A stretch of DNA of 64,000 bases from contig CBDFGH010000003.1 of the NCBI GenBank assembly GCA_965247145.1, positions 33,085 to 97,084 on the forward strand, in the 5' to 3' direction. Shown one piece after another: positions 27,875 to 37,742 of this stretch (its first letter is position 1; the number at the start of each line of letters is the position of its first letter). The position numbers and the translations under genes were made by a program. The notes under the pieces were generated by a model, which did not search any database, was not told the DNA's origin, and saw nothing but the letters and a program-made list of their open reading frames with translations. This DNA comes from Rickettsiales bacterium (GTDB lineage: Bacteria; Pseudomonadota; Alphaproteobacteria; Rickettsiales; JAIXRX01).

Positions 27875-28246
27875 TCAACGTACGTCGCCGCTGCGTTCGA
27901 TGCGCGCCTTGCGGGCGGCGACCCAGCGGGCATTTTCGGCGGCGGCGCGGGCGCGGGTGTCGTAGGCCTGGCCCGGCTGGCCCGCTTTCTGCCCTTCCTG
28001 TTTCAGGCAATCCTCGTAATCGCGGCTGCCGGGGGCGAGTTGGCGTTTCACCTGGCAGATGAAGACTTCCGGCGTTTGCAGCGTATCCTCGCTATTGGCG
28101 TAATAGCGGCGGGATTCGATGCATTCTTCGAGAATCTCCGGCGTGCGGTTCCAGCCGAACACGTCGCGGCAGAGATTCTCTGCCTGTTCCTGCGTGAAGG
28201 CGCTGAGCGCCATCAGCATCGGGGCGAGCCATATCCATCGGCGCAT
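27875..28246 (-). CDS. hypothetical secreted protein (123 aa, four Cys)
   Basis: It has a signal-peptide-like N-terminus (MRRWIWLAPMLMALSAF). No recognisable family. Confidence 0.5.
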   Translation of the reverse strand: MRRWIWLAPMLMALSAFTQEQAENLCRDVFGWNRTPEILEECIESRRYYANSEDTLQTPEVFICQVKRQLAPGSRDYEDCLKQEGQKAGQPGQAYDTRARAAAENARWVAARKARIERSGDVR

Positions 28247-28306
28247 CGTGTTTCCCTTCCGGTTGGCCGTTGCCCCAGCCTAGCACGGCGTGGTACTTCT
28301 GGGCGC

Positions 28307-29323
28307 ATGAAAATCGAAACGCGCGATATACCTTCCTTCCTGCAATCCGGCCCCGGGCGTCACCGCGCCGTGCTGCTGTACGGGCCGGATGAGGGCAAGG
28401 TGCGGGACTGGGCGAAGACCCTCACCCACCGCCTGCTCGGGCCGAAGCCCGACCCGATGAACGTGATCGAACTTTCCGGCGCACAGTTGGATGACGACCC
28501 CGCCCGGCTGCAGGACGAAATGTGCGGCATGAGCCTGCTCGGGGGCGAGCGCATCATTCTGCTGCGCGCGCCCGAGCGCGGCACCACCGCCATCGTGAAA
28601 GAAGCGCTGGAAAACGCGGTGGCGGATACCAAGCTGATCATCCTGGCCGAGGATCTGGGCAAGGAAAGCGCGCTGCGCAGCCTGGCCGAGAAATCCCCCC
28701 ACATGGCCGCTTTGGCGGCCTATGCGGACGAAGGCGCGCAGCTGGGTCAAATCATCCGCGATACGCTGAACGCGGCCCAGGTGCGCGTAAGCCCGGAGGC
28801 GATGCAGTTTCTCATTGCCCAATTGGGCAACAACCGCGCCGTCACCCGCAGCGAGCTGGAAAAGATCATCCTCTATCTGGGCAAGGAGAAGGAGCTTTCC
28901 CTGGCCATCGCCCAATTGCTGGTGGGCGAGAATACGGACATTGCGATGCAGGATGTGGCGCATGCGGTGGCGGGCGGCGAATTGCGCCGCATTCCGCCCC
29001 TGTTGCGGCGGCTGTGGCTGGAAGGCGAAGCCCCGGTGGCGGTGGTGCGCTCCACCCTGCGCTATTTCCAGAAATTGCACGGCCTGCAGGCCCAGATTCA
29101 TAGCGGCGTGGGCGAGGAGACCGCCCTGCGCGCCTCCCGTACTTTCTTCAAGCACGTGCCCCTGCTGAAACGCCATTTGGGCCGTTGGCCGATGGGCAAG
29201 CTGCCCGCCGCACTGGAACGCCTGCATGGCTGCGAGCGCGATCTCAAAGGCGTCGTGCCCATCGCGCCCGAACTGCTCGCCGCCCGTATTCTGATGGGCG
29301 TGGCCAGTTCTGCCGGGCGATAA
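28307..29323 (+). CDS. holA: DNA polymerase III subunit delta
   Basis: 338 aa from MKIETRDIPSFLQ. AVLLYGPDEGKVRDWAK and the overall layout are typical of HolA. Confidence 0.75.
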   Translation: MKIETRDIPSFLQSGPGRHRAVLLYGPDEGKVRDWAKTLTHRLLGPKPDPMNVIELSGAQLDDDPARLQDEMCGMSLLGGERIILLRAPERGTTAIVKEALENAVADTKLIILAEDLGKESALRSLAEKSPHMAALAAYADEGAQLGQIIRDTLNAAQVRVSPEAMQFLIAQLGNNRAVTRSELEKIILYLGKEKELSLAIAQLLVGENTDIAMQDVAHAVAGGELRRIPPLLRRLWLEGEAPVAVVRSTLRYFQKLHGLQAQIHSGVGEETALRASRTFFKHVPLLKRHLGRWPMGKLPAALERLHGCERDLKGVVPIAPELLAARILMGVASSAGR

Positions 29324-29380
29324 TTCGAATCATCAATATTTCGTCACGGAAATGTAACCTGGCTGCTTTATCCTCCGCCC

Positions 29381-31237
29381 ATGCTGGATACGCCCCCTTC
29401 CCTTCCCGCCGCCCGACGGCCCGAAACGCTGCGCCAGATCCAGCGTTTCCTGAATCTCTGGCACGACATGATCGGCTTGCCCGGCCCTTTGCCCATTACC
29501 GGCGAGTTGGACGAGGCGACCTGCCAAGCCTTGGCCAGAGTCACGGCGATAACGCGCAATCGCGGTCGCTTCACACTGCCGGACGCGACCAGCGGCACCG
29601 ATCAATCGCTCCAGGCATTTGCGGCGCGGGCCGCGTCCTACAGTCGCCCTGTCGCGCAGCTGCTGGAAGAATCGACCCGGCCGATGGATGCGGCGCATCG
29701 AAAACAATGGTGGAGCGTGCTGCAACAGGTATTGCACCAGCATTACCCTTCTCTACGCCACCCATTGCAGGAAACGAGCCCCGCCCCGGCCGCACATATC
29801 ACCCATGCGCTGATCGAGTATTTTCATACTCCCCTGCGCGATGCGGGGGCGGATCAGGCGCGGCGCAACGCATTGGGCTGGGCATATCGCAACCGGCGCG
29901 ACCTGCCCGCCCCGCTGGCGGAGGCGATTTTTCATTCTTTTCCGGTGCGCCCGGACATGGAGGACGCAGCCACGCTGGTCAACCATCCTTTCCCCAGCGT
30001 CTGGGCGCCAGGAAAAATCATCACCTACGCCTTTTCGCTTCCAGGCCCGAGCGAGAACGCCTATCACACCAATCGCACCCCCGCCCCGATGAGCCTGGCG
30101 GGCAAAGCCCTGTTTCGGGAAAGCCTGGCCGAACTCGAAGCCATGGCCAATATCCGTTTTCTGGAAGTTTCGCCCGACAAGCGGTGCGATTATCGCGTAT
30201 TTGTCGATGACATGCGGGCGAAATCCGACAAAGCGCCTTTCGCCGGCATCGTACCACCACGCAAACCAGGCCAAGGCGTCATCGTATTCAATGCGGAAAC
30301 AGGCCAGACATTGCCGCGCTACGATGAGGCGCGGTATTTTATGATGCATGAGGCGGGCCATGCGGCGGACCTGATGCATACCCAATCCACCCTCACACGG
30401 AACACCAAGCATTTGCACAACGGAAGGCCCGTCGAAACGATCACGGTATTGAAACATCCGCTGGCCGAGCCGTTGGACAATCTCGATCACAGCATAATGT
30501 CTTATTTTCATCGCCCGAACCAACCCCGGCCCGACAGCCCCATGGTGCTGGACGCGATGGCGCTGCAGCGGTTGTACGGTCCCAACAACGCCACGCGCAG
30601 CGGTCATACGCATTACAGCATCGCGCCGGATGCGGGGCCAAAACGCATCCGCCGCACTTTGGTGGATGCCGCCGGGTGCGACGAACTGGATGCCGGCAAT
30701 GCGCGTGGCGATGTCACGCTCGACCTGCGCCCGGGCTACCTCACCCCCAGCGATATCGACGGGCACGAAATATGGATTGCGCCCGGCTCCCGGATCGAAG
30801 CCGCACGCGGCGGGCAGGGCAAGGATTTATTGATCGTCGGCCAAGGCGGCGGCACATTGAGCGGCGGGGCAGGGCGCGACACGTTTCGCGTGCTGGGGAA
30901 CGGCCATAGCCGCATTACGGATTTCACTGCCGGAGAAAGCCTGGAACTCAGCGCCGAACTTGCCCGCCAGCGCATCAGCCTTGCACCCACGCCGCAAGGC
31001 GTGCGCCTGCGCGCGGAATCGAATTTCCTGCAACCCAATCTCGTGCTGGATATCGAAGGCCCCGACCGTGCCGCCATCATCCGCGCCGTGGAGCAGGCCC
31101 TGCCGCCATCCGCCCGCGCCAATCTGCGGGGGCTTGGCTTTGAATCCACCACCCCCGCCAAGGTGCCGGATTTCACCGAATGCACCGAATTGCGCCCAAG
31201 CCGCTTGCCGGTCACCAAAAAGGCCATGCGCCAATAA
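29381..31237 (+). CDS. metzincin-like zinc metalloprotease with N-terminal PG-binding-like repeat and C-terminal RTX repeats
   Basis: HEAGHAADLMH matches the HExxHxxxxxH motif. GGQGKDLLI and GGAGRDTFR are RTX nonapeptides. IQRFLNLWHDMIGLPGPLPITGELDEATCQAL resembles peptidoglycan-binding domain 1. Confidence 0.6.
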   Translation: MLDTPPSLPAARRPETLRQIQRFLNLWHDMIGLPGPLPITGELDEATCQALARVTAITRNRGRFTLPDATSGTDQSLQAFAARAASYSRPVAQLLEESTRPMDAAHRKQWWSVLQQVLHQHYPSLRHPLQETSPAPAAHITHALIEYFHTPLRDAGADQARRNALGWAYRNRRDLPAPLAEAIFHSFPVRPDMEDAATLVNHPFPSVWAPGKIITYAFSLPGPSENAYHTNRTPAPMSLAGKALFRESLAELEAMANIRFLEVSPDKRCDYRVFVDDMRAKSDKAPFAGIVPPRKPGQGVIVFNAETGQTLPRYDEARYFMMHEAGHAADLMHTQSTLTRNTKHLHNGRPVETITVLKHPLAEPLDNLDHSIMSYFHRPNQPRPDSPMVLDAMALQRLYGPNNATRSGHTHYSIAPDAGPKRIRRTLVDAAGCDELDAGNARGDVTLDLRPGYLTPSDIDGHEIWIAPGSRIEAARGGQGKDLLIVGQGGGTLSGGAGRDTFRVLGNGHSRITDFTAGESLELSAELARQRISLAPTPQGVRLRAESNFLQPNLVLDIEGPDRAAIIRAVEQALPPSARANLRGLGFESTTPAKVPDFTECTELRPSRLPVTKKAMRQ

Positions 31238-31352
31238 TTCGCGCGCCAATAATCCGCGGCTGCACGCGCACGCACACTCTGTATCGAACGCAGCCTTGAT
31301 TGGTTGACTCGGCCGCATGCCTGACTGATCCTCCGCACAAACCGGCCTCCGC

Positions 31353-31377
31353 ACAAAACCGGCGGACGAATGCCGGT
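31353..31377 (-). terminator. weak terminator downstream of parB
   Basis: On the minus strand, ACCGGC-N8-GCCGGT is followed by TTTGTG. Confidence 0.35.
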
Positions 31378-31390
31378 GGCAGCCTTCAGA

Positions 31391-32377
31391 CTACATTCCG
31401 CCCAAGCGGCGCAATATGTCGTCCAACTGTTCCAGCGAATGGTAGGCGAGTATGATCTCGCCTTTCTGGCCTTTATCCTGAATGCTCACCTGAATGCCGA
31501 GATTTTCCGAAAGGGTTTCCTCCAGGGCGAGGATGTCTGGGTCCTTCGGCGCTTGGTATGCCTGCATGGTGGGTTCGGCGGACGAAGCGGCGGGCAGGGC
31601 GGTAACCGCATCGGCGTTTTCATTGGCCGGCTTGGTTTTTTCGGCGCGGTCTTTGCGCGCTGCGGGTGGATTGCCGCCACGCGCCAGGGCTTCCGCCTGA
31701 CGCACATTCAAGCCCCGGCGCAGAATTTCCTGCGCCAACGCCACCGGATCGGGCGCGGTCAGCACACTGCGCGCATGCCCCATGGTCAAGCTGCCATCTT
31801 CCAGCATCGCTTTGACCTCGGCAGGTAGGGCGAGCAGGCGCAACAGATTGGCGATATGGCTGCGGCTTTTCCCCACGGTGGCGGACAATGCCTCCTGCGT
31901 GTAGGCGAATTCATCCAACAGGCGCTGATAGCCCAACCCTTCCTCGATGGGGGTCAAATCCTGGCGCTGTACGTTTTCCACCAGCGCCAGCTCCATCGCC
32001 TGCTGGTCCTCCAAAGGGCGTATCATGACGGGAATGGTGGCGAGGCCTGCCGTTTGGGTGGCGCGCCAACGGCGCTCACCGGCCACGATTTCATACTTCC
32101 CCTCGATCGTGGGATGCGGGCGCACGAGTATCGGTTGCATCACCCCGTTCTTGGCGATGGAGGCAGCCAATTCATTCAATTGCATTTCGGTAAAGCGCGT
32201 TCTCGGCTGGAATGCTCCCGATACGATGGCGGATACGGGCAACTCGGCCGCGCCCTGCGTCACGGTGCCGACAACCGGCATTTCCCGGGAGGAAGAAAAA
32301 GCATTCGTGTCGCTGTATTCTTCCGAGAGCAAAGCGGAGAGGCCTTTTCCCAGGCCACGCGTCGGGTTCGTTTTCAT
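31391..32377 (-). CDS. parB: chromosome partitioning protein ParB
   Basis: The N-terminus is GLGKGLSALL. The ParB box (PILVRP..YEIVAGERRWRA) and an HTH are present. Confidence 0.95.
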   Translation of the reverse strand: MKTNPTRGLGKGLSALLSEEYSDTNAFSSSREMPVVGTVTQGAAELPVSAIVSGAFQPRTRFTEMQLNELAASIAKNGVMQPILVRPHPTIEGKYEIVAGERRWRATQTAGLATIPVMIRPLEDQQAMELALVENVQRQDLTPIEEGLGYQRLLDEFAYTQEALSATVGKSRSHIANLLRLLALPAEVKAMLEDGSLTMGHARSVLTAPDPVALAQEILRRGLNVRQAEALARGGNPPAARKDRAEKTKPANENADAVTALPAASSAEPTMQAYQAPKDPDILALEETLSENLGIQVSIQDKGQKGEIILAYHSLEQLDDILRRLGGM

Positions 32378-32437
32378 TGCATCTTCCTTGTCATCGTGGG
32401 TGAGTACCGTTTCGGGGTGCCGTAGCGGCGAAAAGTA

Positions 32438-33244
32438 TCAAGCGGCGCGTTCGGCGGTCGTCGTTTTGGCGAGCATGCGCTCACGCTTCAGCACTTCGCC
32501 GGCCAATGCGAGATAAGCACGGGAGCCGGGGCATTTCAAATCGTAGATAATGGCTGGTTTGCCGTGGGAAGGGGCTTCCGACATACGCACATTGCGCGGT
32601 ATCGTCGTTTGGTAGACGACATCCTTCAAATGGCCGCGCACATCGGCCTCGATCTGCTCGGTCAATCGGTTGCGTCGGTCATACATAGTCAACACCACCC
32701 CATGGATGGACAATTCCTTGTTCAGATGCTGCCGCACCAGATCGATGGTCTTCAACAGATGGCTCAATCCCTCCAGCGCGTAAAATTCGCATTGCAGCGG
32801 GATCAACACGGCATGCGAAGCAACCAGGGCGTTCAACGTCAGCAATCCCAAAGAGGGCGGGCAATCGATCAAAACATAATCAAGCGCATCGGGCAGGGCA
32901 TCCAAGGCCTCGCGGAGACGGAATTCACGCGCCGTCATTGCAACGAGCTCCAACTCGGCGCCGGAAAGATCGATGGTCGACGGAATTACGGTCAAACCCT
33001 TGATCGCGGTTGCATGTGTCGCCTCAGCGGCGGTGTGGTTACCCAGCAGCACGTGATAACTGTTGATCTGGCGCAGAGCGCGCGGCAGGCCAAGCCCGGT
33101 GCTCGCATTGCCCTGGGGGTCGAGATCGAGCAACAAAACTTTTTTGCCCACGGCCGCCAACGCCGTAGCAAGGTTTACCGCTGTGGTCGTTTTGCCTACG
33201 CCACCCTTTTGATTCACCACACTGATAACTTTTGGCTGACTCAT
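32438..33244 (-). CDS. parA: chromosome partitioning ATPase ParA
   Basis: It has the deviant Walker A NQKGGVGKTTT and the ParA/Soj layout. Confidence 0.95.
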   Translation of the reverse strand: MSQPKVISVVNQKGGVGKTTTAVNLATALAAVGKKVLLLDLDPQGNASTGLGLPRALRQINSYHVLLGNHTAAEATHATAIKGLTVIPSTIDLSGAELELVAMTAREFRLREALDALPDALDYVLIDCPPSLGLLTLNALVASHAVLIPLQCEFYALEGLSHLLKTIDLVRQHLNKELSIHGVVLTMYDRRNRLTEQIEADVRGHLKDVVYQTTIPRNVRMSEAPSHGKPAIIYDLKCPGSRAYLALAGEVLKRERMLAKTTTAERAA

Positions 33245-33888
33245 GGGCTCACTCCTGCTGGCATAAGTGTCGTTCTGCGCGATAGCATGCCGATGTCGAG
33301 TATGACGCCTGCATCATTCACCTGGCTGGAATGTATGCTTAGGTTCCACTCCCAAGATGCGGACGCGGCCTCTACCTCTTTTTGATACTGCCTGCCCTTC
33401 AGAAAGAGGCAACGCGAAGATGTATGCATGAAAGGATGGGCGTAATCAATCAATTTTTCCAATGAAGCGCAGGCGCGCGCTGTTAGATAATCCACCGGTT
33501 CGTGGTGCCACAGTTCGATTCGCTGGGCAATGGGATGAAAATTGCCTAAGTTTAAAGTGGATTTTATGTAGGTGAGGAAAGCCACTTTGCGTTGATCGCT
33601 CTCCAGGGAGTAGACCGTAATATCCGGCCTGGCAATCGCAATCGGCACAGCGGGCAGGCCCCCACCGCTGCCTATGTCGATCAGACTTTTATTACCCTGT
33701 TCCAGATACGCCAACAATTGCAACGAATCGGCCAAATGCCGATCACGGGAATTGGTAAGTGTCGTGTCACCAATCAAATTAATTTTCTTGTTCCATTGGA
33801 GGAGGGCACCCAGATACAGTGTCAATCTTTCTTCCGTTTCACGTGGAACGGGTGGTTGAACGGATGAATGGGGTTCCGTGTTATGCAT
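33241..33888 (-). CDS. rsmG: 16S rRNA (guanine527-N7)-methyltransferase RsmG
   Basis: It has the SAM motif DIGSGGGLP and WNKKINL near the N-terminus. It sits in the gidB position between mnmG and parA. Confidence 0.9.
   Translation of the reverse strand: MHNTEPHSSVQPPVPRETEERLTLYLGALLQWNKKINLIGDTTLTNSRDRHLADSLQLLAYLEQGNKSLIDIGSGGGLPAVPIAIARPDITVYSLESDQRKVAFLTYIKSTLNLGNFHPIAQRIELWHHEPVDYLTARACASLEKLIDYAHPFMHTSSRCLFLKGRQYQKEVEAASASWEWNLSIHSSQVNDAGVILDIGMLSRRTTLMPAGVSP
33835..33850. other. parS-like centromere site
   Basis: CGTTTCACGTGGAACG matches the parS consensus TGTTNCACGTGAAACA at 13 of the 15 specified positions. It lies inside the 5' end of rsmG. Confidence 0.7.
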
Positions 33889-35752
33889 GGACGATATTCG
33901 TGTATCGTTGGGCGTGACCCATCAAAGTAATCAAAGCGGCTGGCGTTACTCCCGGGATGCGAGAAGCCAAGCCCAAAGTTCGTGGGCGATGGAAACGAAA
34001 TTTTTCGAGCATTTCATTCGACAATCCACTCAATTCGGAATCGAATATTTCTACGGGCAGTATGGCTGATTCTTGAGATTTGAACTGTTGGATATCCTGC
34101 ATCTGGCGGCCGATATAGCCATCATACAACGACTCCACCGATAGCTGCTCCACGATATCGGATCGTATACCTGCCAGTTCTGGCCATATCTCCAGCACTT
34201 TGGCCCATCCCGCACCGGGCCAATTCAGTAATTGAAACGCGGAACGGTACTGACCATCTTTATTAATAATAATATTATAGTTTTCCGCGGATTGGGGTGT
34301 AAGTTTGTGACTCAGCATCGTTTCACGTGAAATGCTAAGAGCTTGTGACTTTGCTTCATGAAATGCCTTTCTTTGACTTCCCACCAAACCAATGGCAATG
34401 CCACGATGCGTTAGGCGCAAGTCGGCATTATCGGCGCGTAAAGATAGCCGGTATTCCGAACGGGATGTAAACATGCGATAGGGTTCTGTCACACCGAATG
34501 TAATCAAATCATCGATCATCACCCCGATGTAGCTATCGGCTCGATCCATGATCCAGGGAGCGGCGGATGCGGAAGAAAGCGCTGCATTGGCCCCGGCAAC
34601 AAGACCTTGGGCGCCTGCTTCCTCATATCCAGTCGTTCCATTGATCTGGCCCGCCAAATACAGGCCTGGAATATTTTTTAGTTGCAAAGTGGCGTGCAAC
34701 TGACGTGGGTCCACATAGTCATATTCAATCGCATACCCATATTGTAAAATGGTTGCCTTTTCCAATCCTGGAATGGTTGCGATCAACGCTTCTTGCACAT
34801 CCTTCGGTAACGAAGTCGATATTCCGTTTGGATAAATGGTGCAGCTTTCCAAGCCCTCCGGCTCAAGAAAAATCTGGTGTCTCGCTTTGTCGGCAAACCG
34901 CACGACTTTGTCTTCGATCGAAGGGCAGTAACGCGGTCCAACGCCTTCGATCTGGCCGCTATACAGGGGAGCGCGATGCAGATTGTCTTGAATGATCCGG
35001 TGCGTTTCAGCCGTGGTATAGGTTATATGGCAAGCCACTTGCGGCACTTGTACTTGCTCCGTCAATACACTCATCGGGCGTGGCACCGCGTCGCCCCATT
35101 GGGCCTCCAACCCTTCCCACGCAATGGATCGGCCATCCAATCTTGCGGGGGTGCCGGTCTTTAGGCGGCCCAAGGTAATGTTGGCGGCCAACAACCGGTC
35201 CGAGATACCCAATGCGGGTGCCTCACCGAGGCGTCCGGCGGAATGCGTGTCCTGCCCGACATGGATTACACCGCGTAAAAAGGTTCCCGTGGTTAAAACC
35301 ACCGATTGGGCAGCAATCCATTGGGTATCGACAAACACCCCTTCTATGTGGCCCCGGTCGCTGATCTTTAGGTCGGTTACGGCACCTGCTTGCATGGTCA
35401 GGTTCGGATAATCGGATAGCATATGCTGTACGGCCCGACGGTACAATTGACGATCCGCTTGCGCACGTGGGCCGTGAACGGCGGGCCCACGACTGGCATT
35501 CAAAATCCGATAATGAATACCCGCCTGATCTATGGCCCGTGCCATGATACCATCCAGAGCGTCGATCTCACGCACCAAGGTGCCTTTGGCGATACCGCCG
35601 AACGCCGGATTGCACGACATCTCACCCAAAGTTTCGATCTTATGGGTAATGAGAAGCGTCTTCGCGCCAATGCGTGCCGCGGCACAGGCGGCTTCGCAGC
35701 CGGCATGGCCTCCCCCAATGACGATAACATCCCAACTTGTTTTTTTGCTCAT
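33881..35752 (-). CDS. mnmG: tRNA uridine 5-carboxymethylaminomethyl modification enzyme MnmG
   Basis: It has the FAD motif [15 protein letters not shown] and the GidA family layout. The start is taken at MSKKTSWD. Confidence 0.95.
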   Translation of the reverse strand: MSKKTSWDVIVIGGGHAGCEAACAAARIGAKTLLITHKIETLGEMSCNPAFGGIAKGTLVREIDALDGIMARAIDQAGIHYRILNASRGPAVHGPRAQADRQLYRRAVQHMLSDYPNLTMQAGAVTDLKISDRGHIEGVFVDTQWIAAQSVVLTTGTFLRGVIHVGQDTHSAGRLGEAPALGISDRLLAANITLGRLKTGTPARLDGRSIAWEGLEAQWGDAVPRPMSVLTEQVQVPQVACHITYTTAETHRIIQDNLHRAPLYSGQIEGVGPRYCPSIEDKVVRFADKARHQIFLEPEGLESCTIYPNGISTSLPKDVQEALIATIPGLEKATILQYGYAIEYDYVDPRQLHATLQLKNIPGLYLAGQINGTTGYEEAGAQGLVAGANAALSSASAAPWIMDRADSYIGVMIDDLITFGVTEPYRMFTSRSEYRLSLRADNADLRLTHRGIAIGLVGSQRKAFHEAKSQALSISRETMLSHKLTPQSAENYNIIINKDGQYRSAFQLLNWPGAGWAKVLEIWPELAGIRSDIVEQLSVESLYDGYIGRQMQDIQQFKSQESAILPVEIFDSELSGLSNEMLEKFRFHRPRTLGLASRIPGVTPAALITLMGHAQRYTNIVHA

Positions 35753-35756
35753 ATTC

Positions 35757-35772
35757 CGTTCCACGTGAAACC
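35757..35772. other. parS-like centromere site
   Basis: The site is CGTTCCACGTGAAACC. Its 14-bp core is the exact reverse complement of the core at 33836-33849. It lies in the 23-nt gap between mnmE and mnmG. Confidence 0.7.
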
Positions 35773-35775
35773 GCA

Positions 35776-37134
35776 TTATTTGCCGATGCAGAATTCGCTG
35801 AAGATCATTCCCAATAAATCATCCGAGGTAAAGGATCCAGTAATACTCCCCACCGCATTGCCTGCCCGGCGAAGATGCTCGCATTGTAATTCAATATTGT
35901 GCTGTTGTGTCAGGCTCGATTCCAATTCAAGGCGCGCTTCCGAAAGGGCGGATCGGTGACGCATCCGAGTGATAAGCGGTGGGTGCGCCCCCGCCATGCA
36001 CGTCTCGATATGTTGCGCGATCCAATGCTCTATGGCTTCGATTCCTTCGCCATGTTTTGCGCTGGCGAAGATGGTATGCTGGCCATCCACCCTTTCGGCT
36101 ATGGAGCTTTTGTCTTGCAAAAGATCTTCCTTATTGGCCACCCACAAAGTAGGCACGGCATCGATATCGAGTTGTTGCCGCGCCAGCATCTCCATGGTCG
36201 GCTCGGTGGCCTCTCCTGCAACCGAAACCATGATATGGAGATCGGCCTGGCGCGCGCAGGTCACGGCCCGCTGAACGCCTATTGCCTCAATGTCATCCTG
36301 AGCCTCGCGCAGGCCTGCCGTATCCAAAAAGGTGATTGCATGCCCGTGGATGACACGGCTGACTTCAATAACATCCCGCGTGGTGCCGGCCTGAGGAGAA
36401 ACGATGGCCGCTTCCCGTTTGGATAGCGCGTTCAATAATGAAGATTTGCCTGCATTGGGCAGCCCCAGAATGGCCACCTGCCATCCTTCTCGAACACGTT
36501 CGCCAGCCTGCCAATCGCTCAGGCATCGGGTTATCTCCTCGTGCAATTGCCGCGTTTGCTGCGCGACCTGCTCCGCCAATTCTGTCGGAATGTCTTCATC
36601 GGAAAAATCGATGCATGCTTCGAGCAGCGCCAGAACATGCATCACACGCTGGCGCAGCGATTCGAATAAAACACGGTGCCTGCCGCTGAGCTGCCTTAAT
36701 GCCTGCCGCCGCTGAGCGTCTGTTTCGGCCTGTATCAGATCGGCCAACCCTTCGGCCGCGGTTAAATCCATTTTTCCCTGGAGATAGGCGCGACGTGTGA
36801 ACTCGCCTGCCTCGGCCAAACGAAATCCGGGCTGCGCCCCGAGATGTTCGATCAAGGCCCGCATGACCGCAGGGCTGCCGTGGCACTGGATCTCCAATAC
36901 GTCCTCTCCCGTAAAACTGTGGGGTTTTGCAAAGAAAAGAAGCAGGGCATGGTCGATGATGTCCCCATCGCTACCTGTACGCAATGCGCAATATTGCGCG
37001 TGACGCGGGGCAGGGCAGGCAGTGCCAAGCATGACGGCCGCAGCGGCGGCGGCGGGCCCGCTGATGCGCAAAACCGCCACACCGGCGCGACCGGCAGCGG
37101 TGGCAGGCGCGAAAATCGTGTCTGACTGCCCCAT
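35776..37134 (-). CDS. mnmE: tRNA modification GTPase MnmE
   Basis: G motifs are [18 protein letters not shown] and NKED. The C-terminus is CIGK. Confidence 0.95.
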   Translation of the reverse strand: MGQSDTIFAPATAAGRAGVAVLRISGPAAAAAAVMLGTACPAPRHAQYCALRTGSDGDIIDHALLLFFAKPHSFTGEDVLEIQCHGSPAVMRALIEHLGAQPGFRLAEAGEFTRRAYLQGKMDLTAAEGLADLIQAETDAQRRQALRQLSGRHRVLFESLRQRVMHVLALLEACIDFSDEDIPTELAEQVAQQTRQLHEEITRCLSDWQAGERVREGWQVAILGLPNAGKSSLLNALSKREAAIVSPQAGTTRDVIEVSRVIHGHAITFLDTAGLREAQDDIEAIGVQRAVTCARQADLHIMVSVAGEATEPTMEMLARQQLDIDAVPTLWVANKEDLLQDKSSIAERVDGQHTIFASAKHGEGIEAIEHWIAQHIETCMAGAHPPLITRMRHRSALSEARLELESSLTQQHNIELQCEHLRRAGNAVGSITGSFTSDDLLGMIFSEFCIGK

Positions 37135-37142
37135 GACGACGG

Positions 37143-37739
37143 CTAATGATTCAAGGCGGATGGAATGACAGGCACTTCAAACGGTTTGATTTCCACCGGC
37201 GCTTCCCCTTGCGTGGCGGGCTTGGCCAACTCGCGGGAAAGAGAAGCCTGTACGCGCATCGCAATGTCTGCCCCGATGGCCGTGGCGCCGCGCTTGATGG
37301 CGTCGTCGCGTGCGACAACGGTGGAAAAATCCGAAGTCGTGGAAGTGTTGAAGCTGCTGATGCGGCGAAGCAATGCGGTAAAGATCATCTGGTTGTCCGA
37401 CGCGCGGAACAAACGCATGCGTACATTCACCCGAAGATTGGTGCGCGCGACGAACTGGCTGGTTTCCACCGAGACGGGCACTTCCTCGATGGTCGGCGAC
37501 TCGATGCGGAGGATGTATTGCTTGGCTGCGCCGGAGGCTCCCTGCGGATGCAGGGCATCTTCGATGGCGATGCTGACGAGTTGGGCGGGACGATTGTTTT
37601 CCACGGACACGAATTGTGTGGCCTCCAGGGCCGCCCGCAGATTCGGCTCGTTCGAACCCGCTTCCTTTTTGCCATAAACCGGCGAAAAACCGCAGGCGGG
37701 CAAAGAGAGCAGGGCAAGGAAAGCGAGAGCGCGGCGCAT
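37143..37739 (-). CDS. lptE: LPS-assembly lipoprotein LptE
   Basis: 198 aa with lipobox LSLPAC. It lies immediately downstream of leuS, as in most proteobacteria. Confidence 0.65.
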   Translation of the reverse strand: MRRALAFLALLSLPACGFSPVYGKKEAGSNEPNLRAALEATQFVSVENNRPAQLVSIAIEDALHPQGASGAAKQYILRIESPTIEEVPVSVETSQFVARTNLRVNVRMRLFRASDNQMIFTALLRRISSFNTSTTSDFSTVVARDDAIKRGATAIGADIAMRVQASLSRELAKPATQGEAPVEIKPFEVPVIPSALNH

Positions 37740-37742
37740 GGT

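Noticed and set aside
31330-31362. Tandem 16/17-nt repeat CCTCCGCACAAA(A)CCGG between the protease gene and parB
   Set aside because: There are only two copies in a convergent intergenic spacer next to a weak terminator. I saw no further evidence of function.
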